This document shows, piece by piece, positions 19,191 to 28,104 of a stretch of 64,000 bases of DNA. A model generated the notes under the pieces. That model had not been told where the DNA came from. It did not search any database and saw only the letters and a list, made by a program, of their open reading frames with translations. This DNA comes from Candidatus Hydrogenedentota bacterium (GTDB taxonomy: Bacteria > Hydrogenedentota > Hydrogenedentia > Hydrogenedentales > JAEUWI01): contig JAXMOL010000001.1 of assembly GCA_034669905.1 (NCBI GenBank), positions 32,001 through 96,000 of the forward strand. Reading direction: 5' to 3'. Numbering within the stretch: position 1 is the first letter of the stretch; each line of letters opens with the position of its first letter. A program made the position numbers and the translations under genes.

Positions 19191-20303
19191 CTACCGCTCG
19201 ACCAGCTGCTCTATCGCGATCTGGTAGGGAATACCCGATTCATCCTGCTCAATCTTGAGGTAATACCGGCCCGGGTCGTCATAGACCCGCATACGCATTT
19301 GCATAAAGTCCGCCCCATCAATCCGGGTAAAAGGCCGGCCGTTTTGCGCATCGTGGATGGTAATGCTGAACTTCGACGGCCCCATGTCATCGGACCGGGA
19401 ACAGGTAAGGCGCCATACACCTTCCGGCACAACAACTGGCGCAGTCTTTTGACTTCCTCCCCCCTGCCACTGACCGATAGCAACCGGTCGTAAGGTGTAT
19501 TGGTACCCGTTTCGGAGGGCCAGTTCCAGGTCATCCAAGGTCGTGGCGTAGGAAAGAAAACGGTGAAATTCGTCCAGCGCCTTGTCTCGCAGCGCCAAAC
19601 CTTCACGGGCATGATGGAGGGCGTCTCCATAGGTCGGCGTGGCCGAAGCGGACGGCGACTTGACCTGACGTGGCAGCGGCGTGGCCTGCAGGTTGCCCCC
19701 GTTGCGAGACACTTCAACCTGCTGGCCGGCCTTTACACGGGGCGCTTGTTGCGTCTGGGCACGAACCTTGGCGCTCGCCCGGGCGAAGGCCTCGGGCGCA
19801 ATGGTCTGGAGCTGTCCCAGCTTGAGCTCCATCTCCGCCCCGCGACTCCCCAGACGCTGCTTGACCCACGCCAGGAAATTATTGAGTTGTTCCTGGCGGC
19901 GGCTCGCACCCAGGGCCTGCCAGTGCACCAGGCGCGATTCAAACTCGGCCCGCTCGAGGAGTTCTTGCTGCAACGTGTAGGTGCTGGTATCTGCCACGGC
20001 GCGACGGGGTTCATTTTCCCCGGGATGTCCGGTGGCCGGCCCGGCTTTTGCCGCCTGATAGCGCGCCAGAAGCGCCTCCCGGTCGGCATCATCCTCGTCG
20101 ATAACCACGTCGGTCACATCCAGCCGTTTGCGGCTGTGTCGCTCCAGGACACCGGTTTCGGGAAAGTGGACGTAGTAGAATTCTTTCGTCTGCCCCACAT
20201 ACACATCGCGGTGCCGTTGGCCAGCGATACGAATCTCATCGGCGATGGCGGAAGCCGCCCCCAGCAATAAGACCGCGATCATACCCTTGAATGGATGCCC
20301 CAT
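19191..20303 (-). CDS. Hypothetical secreted protein
   Basis: 370-aa ORF with a signal-peptide-like N-terminus and a C-terminal beta-sandwich-like pattern (PGRYYLKIE); no family recognised. Confidence 0.6.
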   Translation of the reverse strand: MGHPFKGMIAVLLLGAASAIADEIRIAGQRHRDVYVGQTKEFYYVHFPETGVLERHSRKRLDVTDVVIDEDDADREALLARYQAAKAGPATGHPGENEPRRAVADTSTYTLQQELLERAEFESRLVHWQALGASRRQEQLNNFLAWVKQRLGSRGAEMELKLGQLQTIAPEAFARASAKVRAQTQQAPRVKAGQQVEVSRNGGNLQATPLPRQVKSPSASATPTYGDALHHAREGLALRDKALDEFHRFLSYATTLDDLELALRNGYQYTLRPVAIGQWQGGGSQKTAPVVVPEGVWRLTCSRSDDMGPSKFSITIHDAQNGRPFTRIDGADFMQMRMRVYDDPGRYYLKIEQDESGIPYQIAIEQLVER

Positions 20304-20535
20304 GGCCCCCCCGTCAATCTGTCGTCAACCTACCAAATTTTCGCCTTCAGTGCTACTACAATATCCAAGAATTCCCGCCACTTTCAAGACCATTCCTCTT
20401 GCGACTGACCGGGGCGCTGGCCTACAATAAGGCCCCGAACGTCCTCCTTGGAGCCCCTTTTCGGGCCCCCCATCGAGAATGACTCACCCCAGACCCCGTC
20501 GCCCTGTCTGCCAGGAAGGATTGCCCCATCGCCCC

Positions 20536-21951
20536 ATGGACCATACTGCTGCGTCATTATCGCTGAACGTTCCGCTGGGCGAAGCGCAATACGCCGACCT
20601 TCTCGCCGCGTTGCGGGATGAGGCCACGGGCGGAAATTACGTGTCCGGCTCGCTGATTCGCGTCGAAGTGCCCGTCGTCTCCGTGGATGCCCTCGCGTGG
20701 CTTCAGGCGCAGGCCGCGCAAACCCACTATTATTGGGCCAGCCGGGAAGGCGATTTTGAAATGGCGGGTGTGGGCGAGGCGGATGTCCTCGTACCCGATG
20801 GCCACCTCGATGCCACGGGACTCTTTCGACTTATGCGCAAGCGGCTCGACCTGCGGTGGCCGGGACTCCGCTACTACGGGGGCTTCCGTTTTCAGGCCAC
20901 CGATCTCAGCCAGCACCGTTGGCACAATTTCACCGCCTTCCGCTTCATCGTGCCCCGGGTCGAAGTCATCCGCCGGGGTGAACGGACCTGGCTCGCCGCC
21001 AACATCCGATGGACCGGCCCGGATGGCCTGGAGCAGGAATTAGCGACGCTGTCCGATACCTTGAGCCAGCTGGTTCCCGTGTCCGGTGAAGTGGCAATTC
21101 CCGCCTTACCGGCCTTGCTCGGTCGGGTCGACTTGCCCGATCGCGAAGGGTGGGAGCGTCTGGTGCACCGCGCCCTGGAGGCCTTTGCCGCCCACGACCT
21201 GGAAAAAGTGGTGTTGGCCCGGGAGACGGAGTTTCAATTCGATACCGAGACCACCCTGAATCCGATCGGACTCCTTCGTCGGCTCCTACGCCACTCGACC
21301 CAGGCCTACGAGTTTTGCTTTCACCCAACCGCAAACCGGGCCTTTCTGGGGGCCTCACCGGAACGGCTCTTCCATCGTAACAATGTCTATCTCCAGAGCG
21401 AGGCCCTGGCGGGGACCCGGCCCCGGGGCAAAGACGACGCCCAGGATGAGGCCTATGCCAATGCCCTGCTCGAGAGTGAAAAAGACCTGCGTGAACACCG
21501 CTTTGTGGTGCGGATCCTGCGCGAACACTTTCAGCGCTTCTGCGACACTACCCACTATGATGAAATACCGTCGCTCCGCCAGCTCCACAACTGCCAGCAT
21601 CTCTATACGGGCATCGAAGGCATCCTGAAACAGCACGATGTGGATGCCGCCCTGGTGGAAGCCTTCCACCCGACCCCCGCCGTCGGTGGGGTCCCACGGC
21701 AAAAAGCCCTCGACTGGCTCGCCGAACACGAACCCTTTGACCGGGGGGTCTACGCCGCCCCCGTAGGCTGGGTGGGCTTTGACGAAACGGAATTCTGCGT
21801 GGGCATCCGCTCCGGACTCATCGAAGGCAACACCCTCGCCCTCTATTCCGGGGCCGGAATCGTGCCCGGTTCCCGTGCGGAAGAAGAGTGGGACGAAATC
21901 GAAAACAAGATGAGCAGCTTCCTGGAGGCCCTCCACGATGGACCTGTCTAA
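20536..21951 (+). CDS. menF: Isochorismate synthase
   Basis: KVVLAR, FLGASPERL, EALAGT, EKDLREH, HPTPAVGG, FDRGVYAAPVGW, GIRS, GAGIVPGS; overlaps the menD start. Start uncertain (20479 or 20536). Confidence 0.92.
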   Translation: MDHTAASLSLNVPLGEAQYADLLAALRDEATGGNYVSGSLIRVEVPVVSVDALAWLQAQAAQTHYYWASREGDFEMAGVGEADVLVPDGHLDATGLFRLMRKRLDLRWPGLRYYGGFRFQATDLSQHRWHNFTAFRFIVPRVEVIRRGERTWLAANIRWTGPDGLEQELATLSDTLSQLVPVSGEVAIPALPALLGRVDLPDREGWERLVHRALEAFAAHDLEKVVLARETEFQFDTETTLNPIGLLRRLLRHSTQAYEFCFHPTANRAFLGASPERLFHRNNVYLQSEALAGTRPRGKDDAQDEAYANALLESEKDLREHRFVVRILREHFQRFCDTTHYDEIPSLRQLHNCQHLYTGIEGILKQHDVDAALVEAFHPTPAVGGVPRQKALDWLAEHEPFDRGVYAAPVGWVGFDETEFCVGIRSGLIEGNTLALYSGAGIVPGSRAEEEWDEIENKMSSFLEALHDGPV

Positions 21952-24475
21952 GGCACCCAATCTCAACTATCTCTGGTGTGGCCTCTTGGTAGAAGAGCTC
22001 ATCCGCCAGGGTGTGGCGGGCTTTGTCATTTCTCCCGGCTCCCGCAGTGCCCCCCTGACCGTCTCTGTGGCGCGCAATGAAAAGGCGAAATACTGGGTCC
22101 ACTATGACGAGCGGGGCGCCGCGTTTTTCGCCCTGGGCCTCGCCAAGGCCACGGGGAAACCCGCCGTACTCATCTGCACGTCGGGCAGCGCCGTCGCCAA
22201 CTATTGGCCCGCCGTCGTAGAAGCGGCCATGAGCCAGATCCCCCTGATTTTGTTGACCGCGGATCGTCCGCCCGAGCTGGTAGACTGTGGCGCCAACCAG
22301 GCCATCGACCAGACCGATATATTCGGCGACTACGCCCGTTGGCGCACGGCCCTCCCCTGTCCCACGGCCGAGTGCCCGGCAACCTACGTACTCACCACCG
22401 CCGACCAGGCCTGGCACCGCAGCCAGCACCCTCAAGCCGGTCCCGTGCATGTAAACGTACCGCTGCGAGAGCCCCTCGACCCGAAGCCGGACCAATCGGT
22501 GACCGACGATGTCTTGAAAACGCTGGTCGCGTGGGCTGCCACAGACGCGCCCTACACCCACTATGACGCAGGGGCGTCGACGGTGCCCGATGGGTGGGCG
22601 GCCCCGCTGCTGGAACACATGGCATCTGCCCGAAACAAACTGCTGATTGTCGGTAGACTCCATGGCGAAGCGGAGCATGCGGCGGTCCGTAAACTGGCCA
22701 AGCTACCCGGCTGGAAGATTTATGCCGACATCACCTCGGGGCTCTACGGCCCATCGGCACCGGCGGGCTTGGTCCAAGACATGGAGCACTTCCTCCAGAA
22801 CGAAGCATGGCAACCGGACCTGGTCCTCCATCTGGGCGGTGCCTACACGTCGAAACGCCTGCTGACCCATATGGCGGATTGGAACGCTCCCTATATACAC
22901 GTAAGCGCCTCGGAGCAACGACTCGATCCCAATCACCAGGTTACCCAACACCTCACGGTGGGGATAGCATCCTTCTGCCAGTGGCTCCAGGAAAACGCGC
23001 CGAAGGCATCGGTCAGCACAACCACCGCTATCCGCACCGACGCATCCCCCGCGGTGGAACAGGAATGGTCGGAACGGGGCATTGCCCATCAGCTCGGGAG
23101 CTTGCTTCCCGAAAACTCCCTTCTCTTCGCCGGCAACTCCATGCCCATCCGCTTGCTGGAGCGCTTTTGTCGGCCGGAGCGGGACGGCATCCACGTTGTG
23201 GCCAATCGTGGTGCAAGCGGCATCGACGGCAACATCGCCACGGCCCTCGGCATGGCGTCAGGCACGGGGCAGGCCACGACGGCCCTCTTAGGCGACCTCA
23301 CGACTCTGCACGACCTGAACTCCCTGGCCCTCCACCAGGCGGTAAAGACGCCCCTGGTCCTTATCGTATTAAACAATGACGGTGGCGGCATTTTTCACCA
23401 CCTCCCCATCGCCCGCGCCGATGAACCCTGTTTCGAGCAATGCTTCGGTACGCCCCACGGCATGGATTTTTCCGGCGCGGCCCAACAGTTTGGCCTGGAC
23501 TATGCCGCTCCCGAAGATCCGGATAGCTTTCGCGAATCGTACCTCGAGGCCCTGGCAACCGGTCGGGCCACACTGATAGAAATCAAGACTCCGCGCTTCG
23601 CGGGGCAGGGCGACGCCGAGACCAATTCGGCCTCTCCGAAAAACGAAGCGGAAGCCCCCCCCGAAGCGCTCCGTCCGATCGCCCTCGCGGGCGACCCCAA
23701 GAACCCGCCCCTCCTGCTCATCCATGGCTTCATGGGAAATGTAAATGACTGGGATAAGGTCGCGGAGGCGTGTTCAGCCACCCACCATGTGCTGGGCGTA
23801 AACCTGCCCGGGCACAGCCCCGATTGGGCCGAGGTGGCGCTCGCAGACTTCGACATGGACCGGACGGCCCGTGGTCTACTGGTCCATCTGGACGCCCTGG
23901 GCATCGGCGCGTGCAGCCTGCTGGGGTATTCGATGGGAGGCCGCTTCGCCCTCTATCTCGCCACCCAATATCCGGAACGGTTCACCCGGGTCATCCTCGA
24001 ATCCGCGTCCCCCGGTCTGGACACGGCGGAGAAACAGCACGCCCGTCAGGTTCAGGACGGCGCCCTCGCGGAGCGACTATGTGCGATGGGCGCCGGGAGC
24101 GACGCTTATCGGGAGTTCCTCGAGGCGTGGTATGACCTGCCCCTCTTCGAATCGCTCCGCAGGCACCCCGAACTCCGCACGGCCCTCATTCAACGGCGCG
24201 TGGCGGAGAACGCGCCACCACGGTTGGGCGAAGCGCTCGGCCCCCTGGGCACCGGCAAGCAACCCAATCTCTGGCCCGCCCTGGCGCACTACACCACGCC
24301 CACCCTCCTCCTGGTCGGTGAACAGGACCGGAAATACCGGATGATCGCCGAAGACATGTGTGCGGCTTGCCCGGCCATGGCGATGGAAGTCTTTGCCGAT
24401 TGCGGACACATTGCCCACCTGGAGAAGTCCGACGCCTTCCTGACGACCGTGCGGGGCTTTCTGGCCCATCGGTAG
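21938..24475 (+). CDS. menD: Fused SEPHCHC synthase (MenD) and SHCHC synthase (MenH)
   Basis: MenD motifs SPGSRSAPL, DERGAAFFALG, CTSGSA, TADRP, GANQAIDQ, NSMPIR, NRGASGIDG, GDL..LHDLN, NNDGGGIF. In frame after a linker: alpha/beta hydrolase IHGFMG, GYSMGGR, ESASPGL, GEQDRKY, GHIAHLE. Confidence 0.92.
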   Translation: MDLSKAPNLNYLWCGLLVEELIRQGVAGFVISPGSRSAPLTVSVARNEKAKYWVHYDERGAAFFALGLAKATGKPAVLICTSGSAVANYWPAVVEAAMSQIPLILLTADRPPELVDCGANQAIDQTDIFGDYARWRTALPCPTAECPATYVLTTADQAWHRSQHPQAGPVHVNVPLREPLDPKPDQSVTDDVLKTLVAWAATDAPYTHYDAGASTVPDGWAAPLLEHMASARNKLLIVGRLHGEAEHAAVRKLAKLPGWKIYADITSGLYGPSAPAGLVQDMEHFLQNEAWQPDLVLHLGGAYTSKRLLTHMADWNAPYIHVSASEQRLDPNHQVTQHLTVGIASFCQWLQENAPKASVSTTTAIRTDASPAVEQEWSERGIAHQLGSLLPENSLLFAGNSMPIRLLERFCRPERDGIHVVANRGASGIDGNIATALGMASGTGQATTALLGDLTTLHDLNSLALHQAVKTPLVLIVLNNDGGGIFHHLPIARADEPCFEQCFGTPHGMDFSGAAQQFGLDYAAPEDPDSFRESYLEALATGRATLIEIKTPRFAGQGDAETNSASPKNEAEAPPEALRPIALAGDPKNPPLLLIHGFMGNVNDWDKVAEACSATHHVLGVNLPGHSPDWAEVALADFDMDRTARGLLVHLDALGIGACSLLGYSMGGRFALYLATQYPERFTRVILESASPGLDTAEKQHARQVQDGALAERLCAMGAGSDAYREFLEAWYDLPLFESLRRHPELRTALIQRRVAENAPPRLGEALGPLGTGKQPNLWPALAHYTTPTLLLVGEQDRKYRMIAEDMCAACPAMAMEVFADCGHIAHLEKSDAFLTTVRGFLAHR

Positions 24476-24768
24476 TGGGGTGAATATGCCCGCGGGAGAC
24501 GTGGGCCGCGGCACAGCCTCCTCGTGACCAAGCCGTCTCTCCAAGACAGAAAGCGTCTCGGTTGCAGGCTGTAACGCAGGGCACGCCCCCATTCCCCTCA
24601 CTGGATTTTTCAACTTCGTGTATACTGTTTCCTGTGAGTTGTTCTGGTCCCTATACCACGTGCGAAAAACAGGCCTATGCCCCTTTCAGCCTTCATTGGA
24701 GGTTGCGTTGATGACCACGGCCACCCCTATTTTAAGAGCGTTCCGGCCCTACCCCCACAAGGCGAACC

Positions 24769-27700
24769 ATGTCTATACGCGTTGCACTAAATCACCGTAC
24801 GTCCTATCACTATGACCGATTGGTCACACTCGGACCCCAATCGATTCGCCTTCGACCCGCGCCCCATTGCCGAACCCCCATCCTCAGCTATTCCCTGAAC
24901 ATCCGGGGAGGCGAGCATTTTCTCAATTGGCAACAGGACCCCCACGGCAATTTCATGGCCCGGGCCGTCTTTGAAGAACCGGTGCGGAGCCTGGAAATCG
25001 AAGTGGATCTGATCGCCGAAATGACGGTCATCAATCCCTTTGAATTTTTCGTGGAGACTTCGGCGGAAGAACACCCCTTTACCTATGAAAAGTGGTTGAG
25101 CCGGGAAATCCGGGCTTTCCTGGAAACCCGCAAGGCGAAACCCCACTTCAAGAAATTCCTCGCGGGCCTCGACCGCAAGAAACTCCGTACCGTCGACCGG
25201 CTGGTGGACATCAACCGCCGGGTTCACGACCGGGTATCCTATGTCATCCGCATGGAGCCGGGGGTGCAGTCGCCGGAAGAGACCCTGGAATTGGGCACCG
25301 GTTCCTGCCGTGATTCGGCCTGGCTCCTGGTACACACCCTGCGCCACCTCGGGCTGGCCGCCCGTTTTGTCTCGGGCTATCTGATTCAGTTGGCCCCCGA
25401 TGAAAAATCCCTGGATGGCCCCTCGGGTACGGAAGTGGATTTCACCGACCTCCATGCCTGGGCCGAAGTATTCATCCCCGGAGCGGGCTGGATTGGTATG
25501 GACCCCACCTCGGGCCTCATGGCCGGTGAAGGACATATTCCCGTGGCCTGTACGCCGGACCCGACTTCGGCGGCACCCATTACGGGCGCGGTGGACGAAG
25601 CGGAAACCACCTTCGACTTTCACATGTCGGTATCCCGTATCCATGAGGACCCCCGGGTTACCAAGCCCTACACCGATTCGGAGTGGGAGGCCATTGAGGC
25701 CTTGGGGCACCAGGTAGACGCCCGCCTGGAGGCCGCCGATGTGCGGCTCACCATGGGCGGAGAACCTACCTTCATTTCGATCGATGATATGGAAGGCGCC
25801 GAGTGGAACATCGCGGCCGTCGGCCCCGACAAGCGCCGTTTGTCGGAAACCCTGATAAAGCGCCTTCGGGATCGCTTTGCGCCGGGGGGCATGCTCCACT
25901 ATGGCCAGGGGAAATGGTATCCGGGCGAATCCCTGCCGCGGTGGGCCCTGGCCTGTTTCTGGCGCGAAGACGGGGTGCCCCTCTGGAACGATCTCGATCT
26001 GATTGCGGACGTCAATAAGGACTACGGCCACACCACGGAGCATGCGCAACAATTTGCGACGCTTCTGGCGGAAACGCTGGGCGTGGACTCCAAATGGATT
26101 GTCCCGGCTTATGAAGACGTCTTTCATTACATGTGGAAGGAACAGCGCCTTCCCGTGGATGTGAACCCCCTCGACGAAACGCTGAAGGATGCCGAAGAGC
26201 GGGCGCGCTTGTCCCGGGTCTTCGAACGGGGTATTAACACCCCCGTGGGTTTTGTCATGCCCCTGAAACGCCAGTGGTGGCAAAGTCAGGCCAAGTGGTG
26301 CAGCGGTCCCTGGCCGGTTCGGGCGGACAAAATGTTTTTGCTCCCGGGCGATTCCTCGGTGGGACTCCGTCTGCCACTGGAATCCCTCCCGGCCTCCCCC
26401 GCCCCGTCGCCCCTCTCGGATGTACCCGTCGACCCGGTGGGCATTCGCGATGCCCTGCCCACACCGCCCTACGCGCAGCAGAGCTACGTGGACGAACGGC
26501 CCGCACCCCAGGGTCTGGACGGCATCACCCAACAGGCCGCCCCCAAAGGAACCCGGCTGGAAGAACGCAAGGCCGATGAAAAGAATGAAATCGTTCGGAC
26601 GGCCCTGTGCGTCGAGCCCCGGGAAGGGCGCATCCATGTATTCATGCCACCCGTTCAACGACTGGAAGATTACATCGACCTGGTTGCCGCGATTGAACAC
26701 ACCGCCTCCCAGCTTAAGATGCCCGTGGTGGTAGAGGGCTATCTGCCCCCGCCCGATCACCGGATTCACAATTTGAAGGTCACGCCCGACCCCGGTGTGA
26801 TCGAGGTCAACACCCACCCGACCAAGACGTGGAGCGACCTGGTGGATCTCACTGCGGGGCTTTATGCGGAAGCCCGCCTGACGCGGCTGGGCACGAACAA
26901 ATTCGACCTGGATGGGCTCCACACCGGCACGGGCGGCGGCAACCACGTGGTGGTAGGCGGTGCCACACCCGCTGACAGCCCCTTTCTGCGCCGTCCCGAC
27001 TTGCTGAAAAGCCTTATCGCTTTCTGGATCAATCACCCCGCCCTCTCCTATCTCTTCAGCGGCCGCTTCATCGGGCCCACGAGCCAGGCACCGCGCGTGG
27101 ATGAAGGGCGTCAAGACGCGTTGTATGAACTGGAGTTGGCCTTTGAGCAGGTGCCGCCCCGGGGTGAGGATTGTCCGCCCTGGCTGGTGGACCGCATCTT
27201 TCGCAATCTCTTGACGGACCTGACCGGCAACACCCACCGGTCCGAGTTTTGCATCGACAAACTTTTTTCGCCCGACAGCAGTACCGGACGACTTGGCCTG
27301 GTGGAGTTTCGTGGCTTTGAGATGCCGCCCCACTGGCAAATGAGTTGCACCCAGCAATTGTTGTTGCGGGCCCTCATTGCCCGGTTCTGGGACGAACCCT
27401 ACACGCAGAAAGTCGTTAAATGGGGCACCACGCTCCACGACCGTTTTCTGTTGCCCCACTACGTCCGGGAAGATATGGCCGATGTGTTGGCCGAGATGGC
27501 GGACTACGGGTTTCATTTCGACCCCAACTGGTTTGATACCCACTGGGAATTTCGCTTTCCGAAAATCGGTTCCATCGCCCAACAAGACGTCTCGCTGGAA
27601 CTGCGGACGGCCATTGAACCCTGGTATGTCCTCGGCGAAGAGCCTGCCGGCGGTGGCACCGCCCGCTATGTGGACTCTTCGGTAGAACGCATGGAAGTGA

Positions 27701-28104
27701 AAGTAAGTGGGCTGGTGGACGAACGCCATATTGTTACCTGCAATGGACGACACGTGCCCCTGCGCAGCACCGGCGTTGCAGGCGAATTCGTCGCCGGTAT
27801 TCGCTACCGTGCCTGGTGCCCACCGAGTTGTCTTCATCCGATGATAAAGGTCCACGCGCCCCTGGTCTTTGATATCCTGGACACGTGGTCCAAGCGATCC
27901 ATTGGCGGTTGTAAATACCATGTCTCCCATCCGGCAGGGGTTAATTCCGACACCTTTCCCATCAACGCCTACGCTGCGGAAGCACGGCGCAATGCGCGCT
28001 TCTTTCCCTTTGGCCACTCGCCAGGTCCCCGGGAAACGCCCCCGCTGGAGACCAATCCTCTGTTTCCCGCCACCTTGGATCTTCGCAGGAAAGCCACGCG
28101 GTGA
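24769..28104 (+). CDS. Transglutaminase N-terminal + core domains fused to a putative amidoligase (DUF2126 family)
   Basis: IRLRPAPHCRTPILSYSL; triad motifs GSCRDSAWLL, LHAWAEV, DPT; LTMGGEPTF, PDPGVIEVN, GTGGGNH, GPTSQAPRVDE, GNTHRSEFCIDK, EFRGFEMPPH. Confidence 0.9.
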   Translation: MSIRVALNHRTSYHYDRLVTLGPQSIRLRPAPHCRTPILSYSLNIRGGEHFLNWQQDPHGNFMARAVFEEPVRSLEIEVDLIAEMTVINPFEFFVETSAEEHPFTYEKWLSREIRAFLETRKAKPHFKKFLAGLDRKKLRTVDRLVDINRRVHDRVSYVIRMEPGVQSPEETLELGTGSCRDSAWLLVHTLRHLGLAARFVSGYLIQLAPDEKSLDGPSGTEVDFTDLHAWAEVFIPGAGWIGMDPTSGLMAGEGHIPVACTPDPTSAAPITGAVDEAETTFDFHMSVSRIHEDPRVTKPYTDSEWEAIEALGHQVDARLEAADVRLTMGGEPTFISIDDMEGAEWNIAAVGPDKRRLSETLIKRLRDRFAPGGMLHYGQGKWYPGESLPRWALACFWREDGVPLWNDLDLIADVNKDYGHTTEHAQQFATLLAETLGVDSKWIVPAYEDVFHYMWKEQRLPVDVNPLDETLKDAEERARLSRVFERGINTPVGFVMPLKRQWWQSQAKWCSGPWPVRADKMFLLPGDSSVGLRLPLESLPASPAPSPLSDVPVDPVGIRDALPTPPYAQQSYVDERPAPQGLDGITQQAAPKGTRLEERKADEKNEIVRTALCVEPREGRIHVFMPPVQRLEDYIDLVAAIEHTASQLKMPVVVEGYLPPPDHRIHNLKVTPDPGVIEVNTHPTKTWSDLVDLTAGLYAEARLTRLGTNKFDLDGLHTGTGGGNHVVVGGATPADSPFLRRPDLLKSLIAFWINHPALSYLFSGRFIGPTSQAPRVDEGRQDALYELELAFEQVPPRGEDCPPWLVDRIFRNLLTDLTGNTHRSEFCIDKLFSPDSSTGRLGLVEFRGFEMPPHWQMSCTQQLLLRALIARFWDEPYTQKVVKWGTTLHDRFLLPHYVREDMADVLAEMADYGFHFDPNWFDTHWEFRFPKIGSIAQQDVSLELRTAIEPWYVLGEEPAGGGTARYVDSSVERMEVKVSGLVDERHIVTCNGRHVPLRSTGVAGEFVAGIRYRAWCPPSCLHPMIKVHAPLVFDILDTWSKRSIGGCKYHVSHPAGVNSDTFPINAYAAEARRNARFFPFGHSPGPRETPPLETNPLFPATLDLRRKATR

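Noticed and set aside
24600..24768. Sigma54 promoter for the transglutaminase locus
   Set aside because: No correctly spaced TGGCAC-N5-TTGC motif found by eye.
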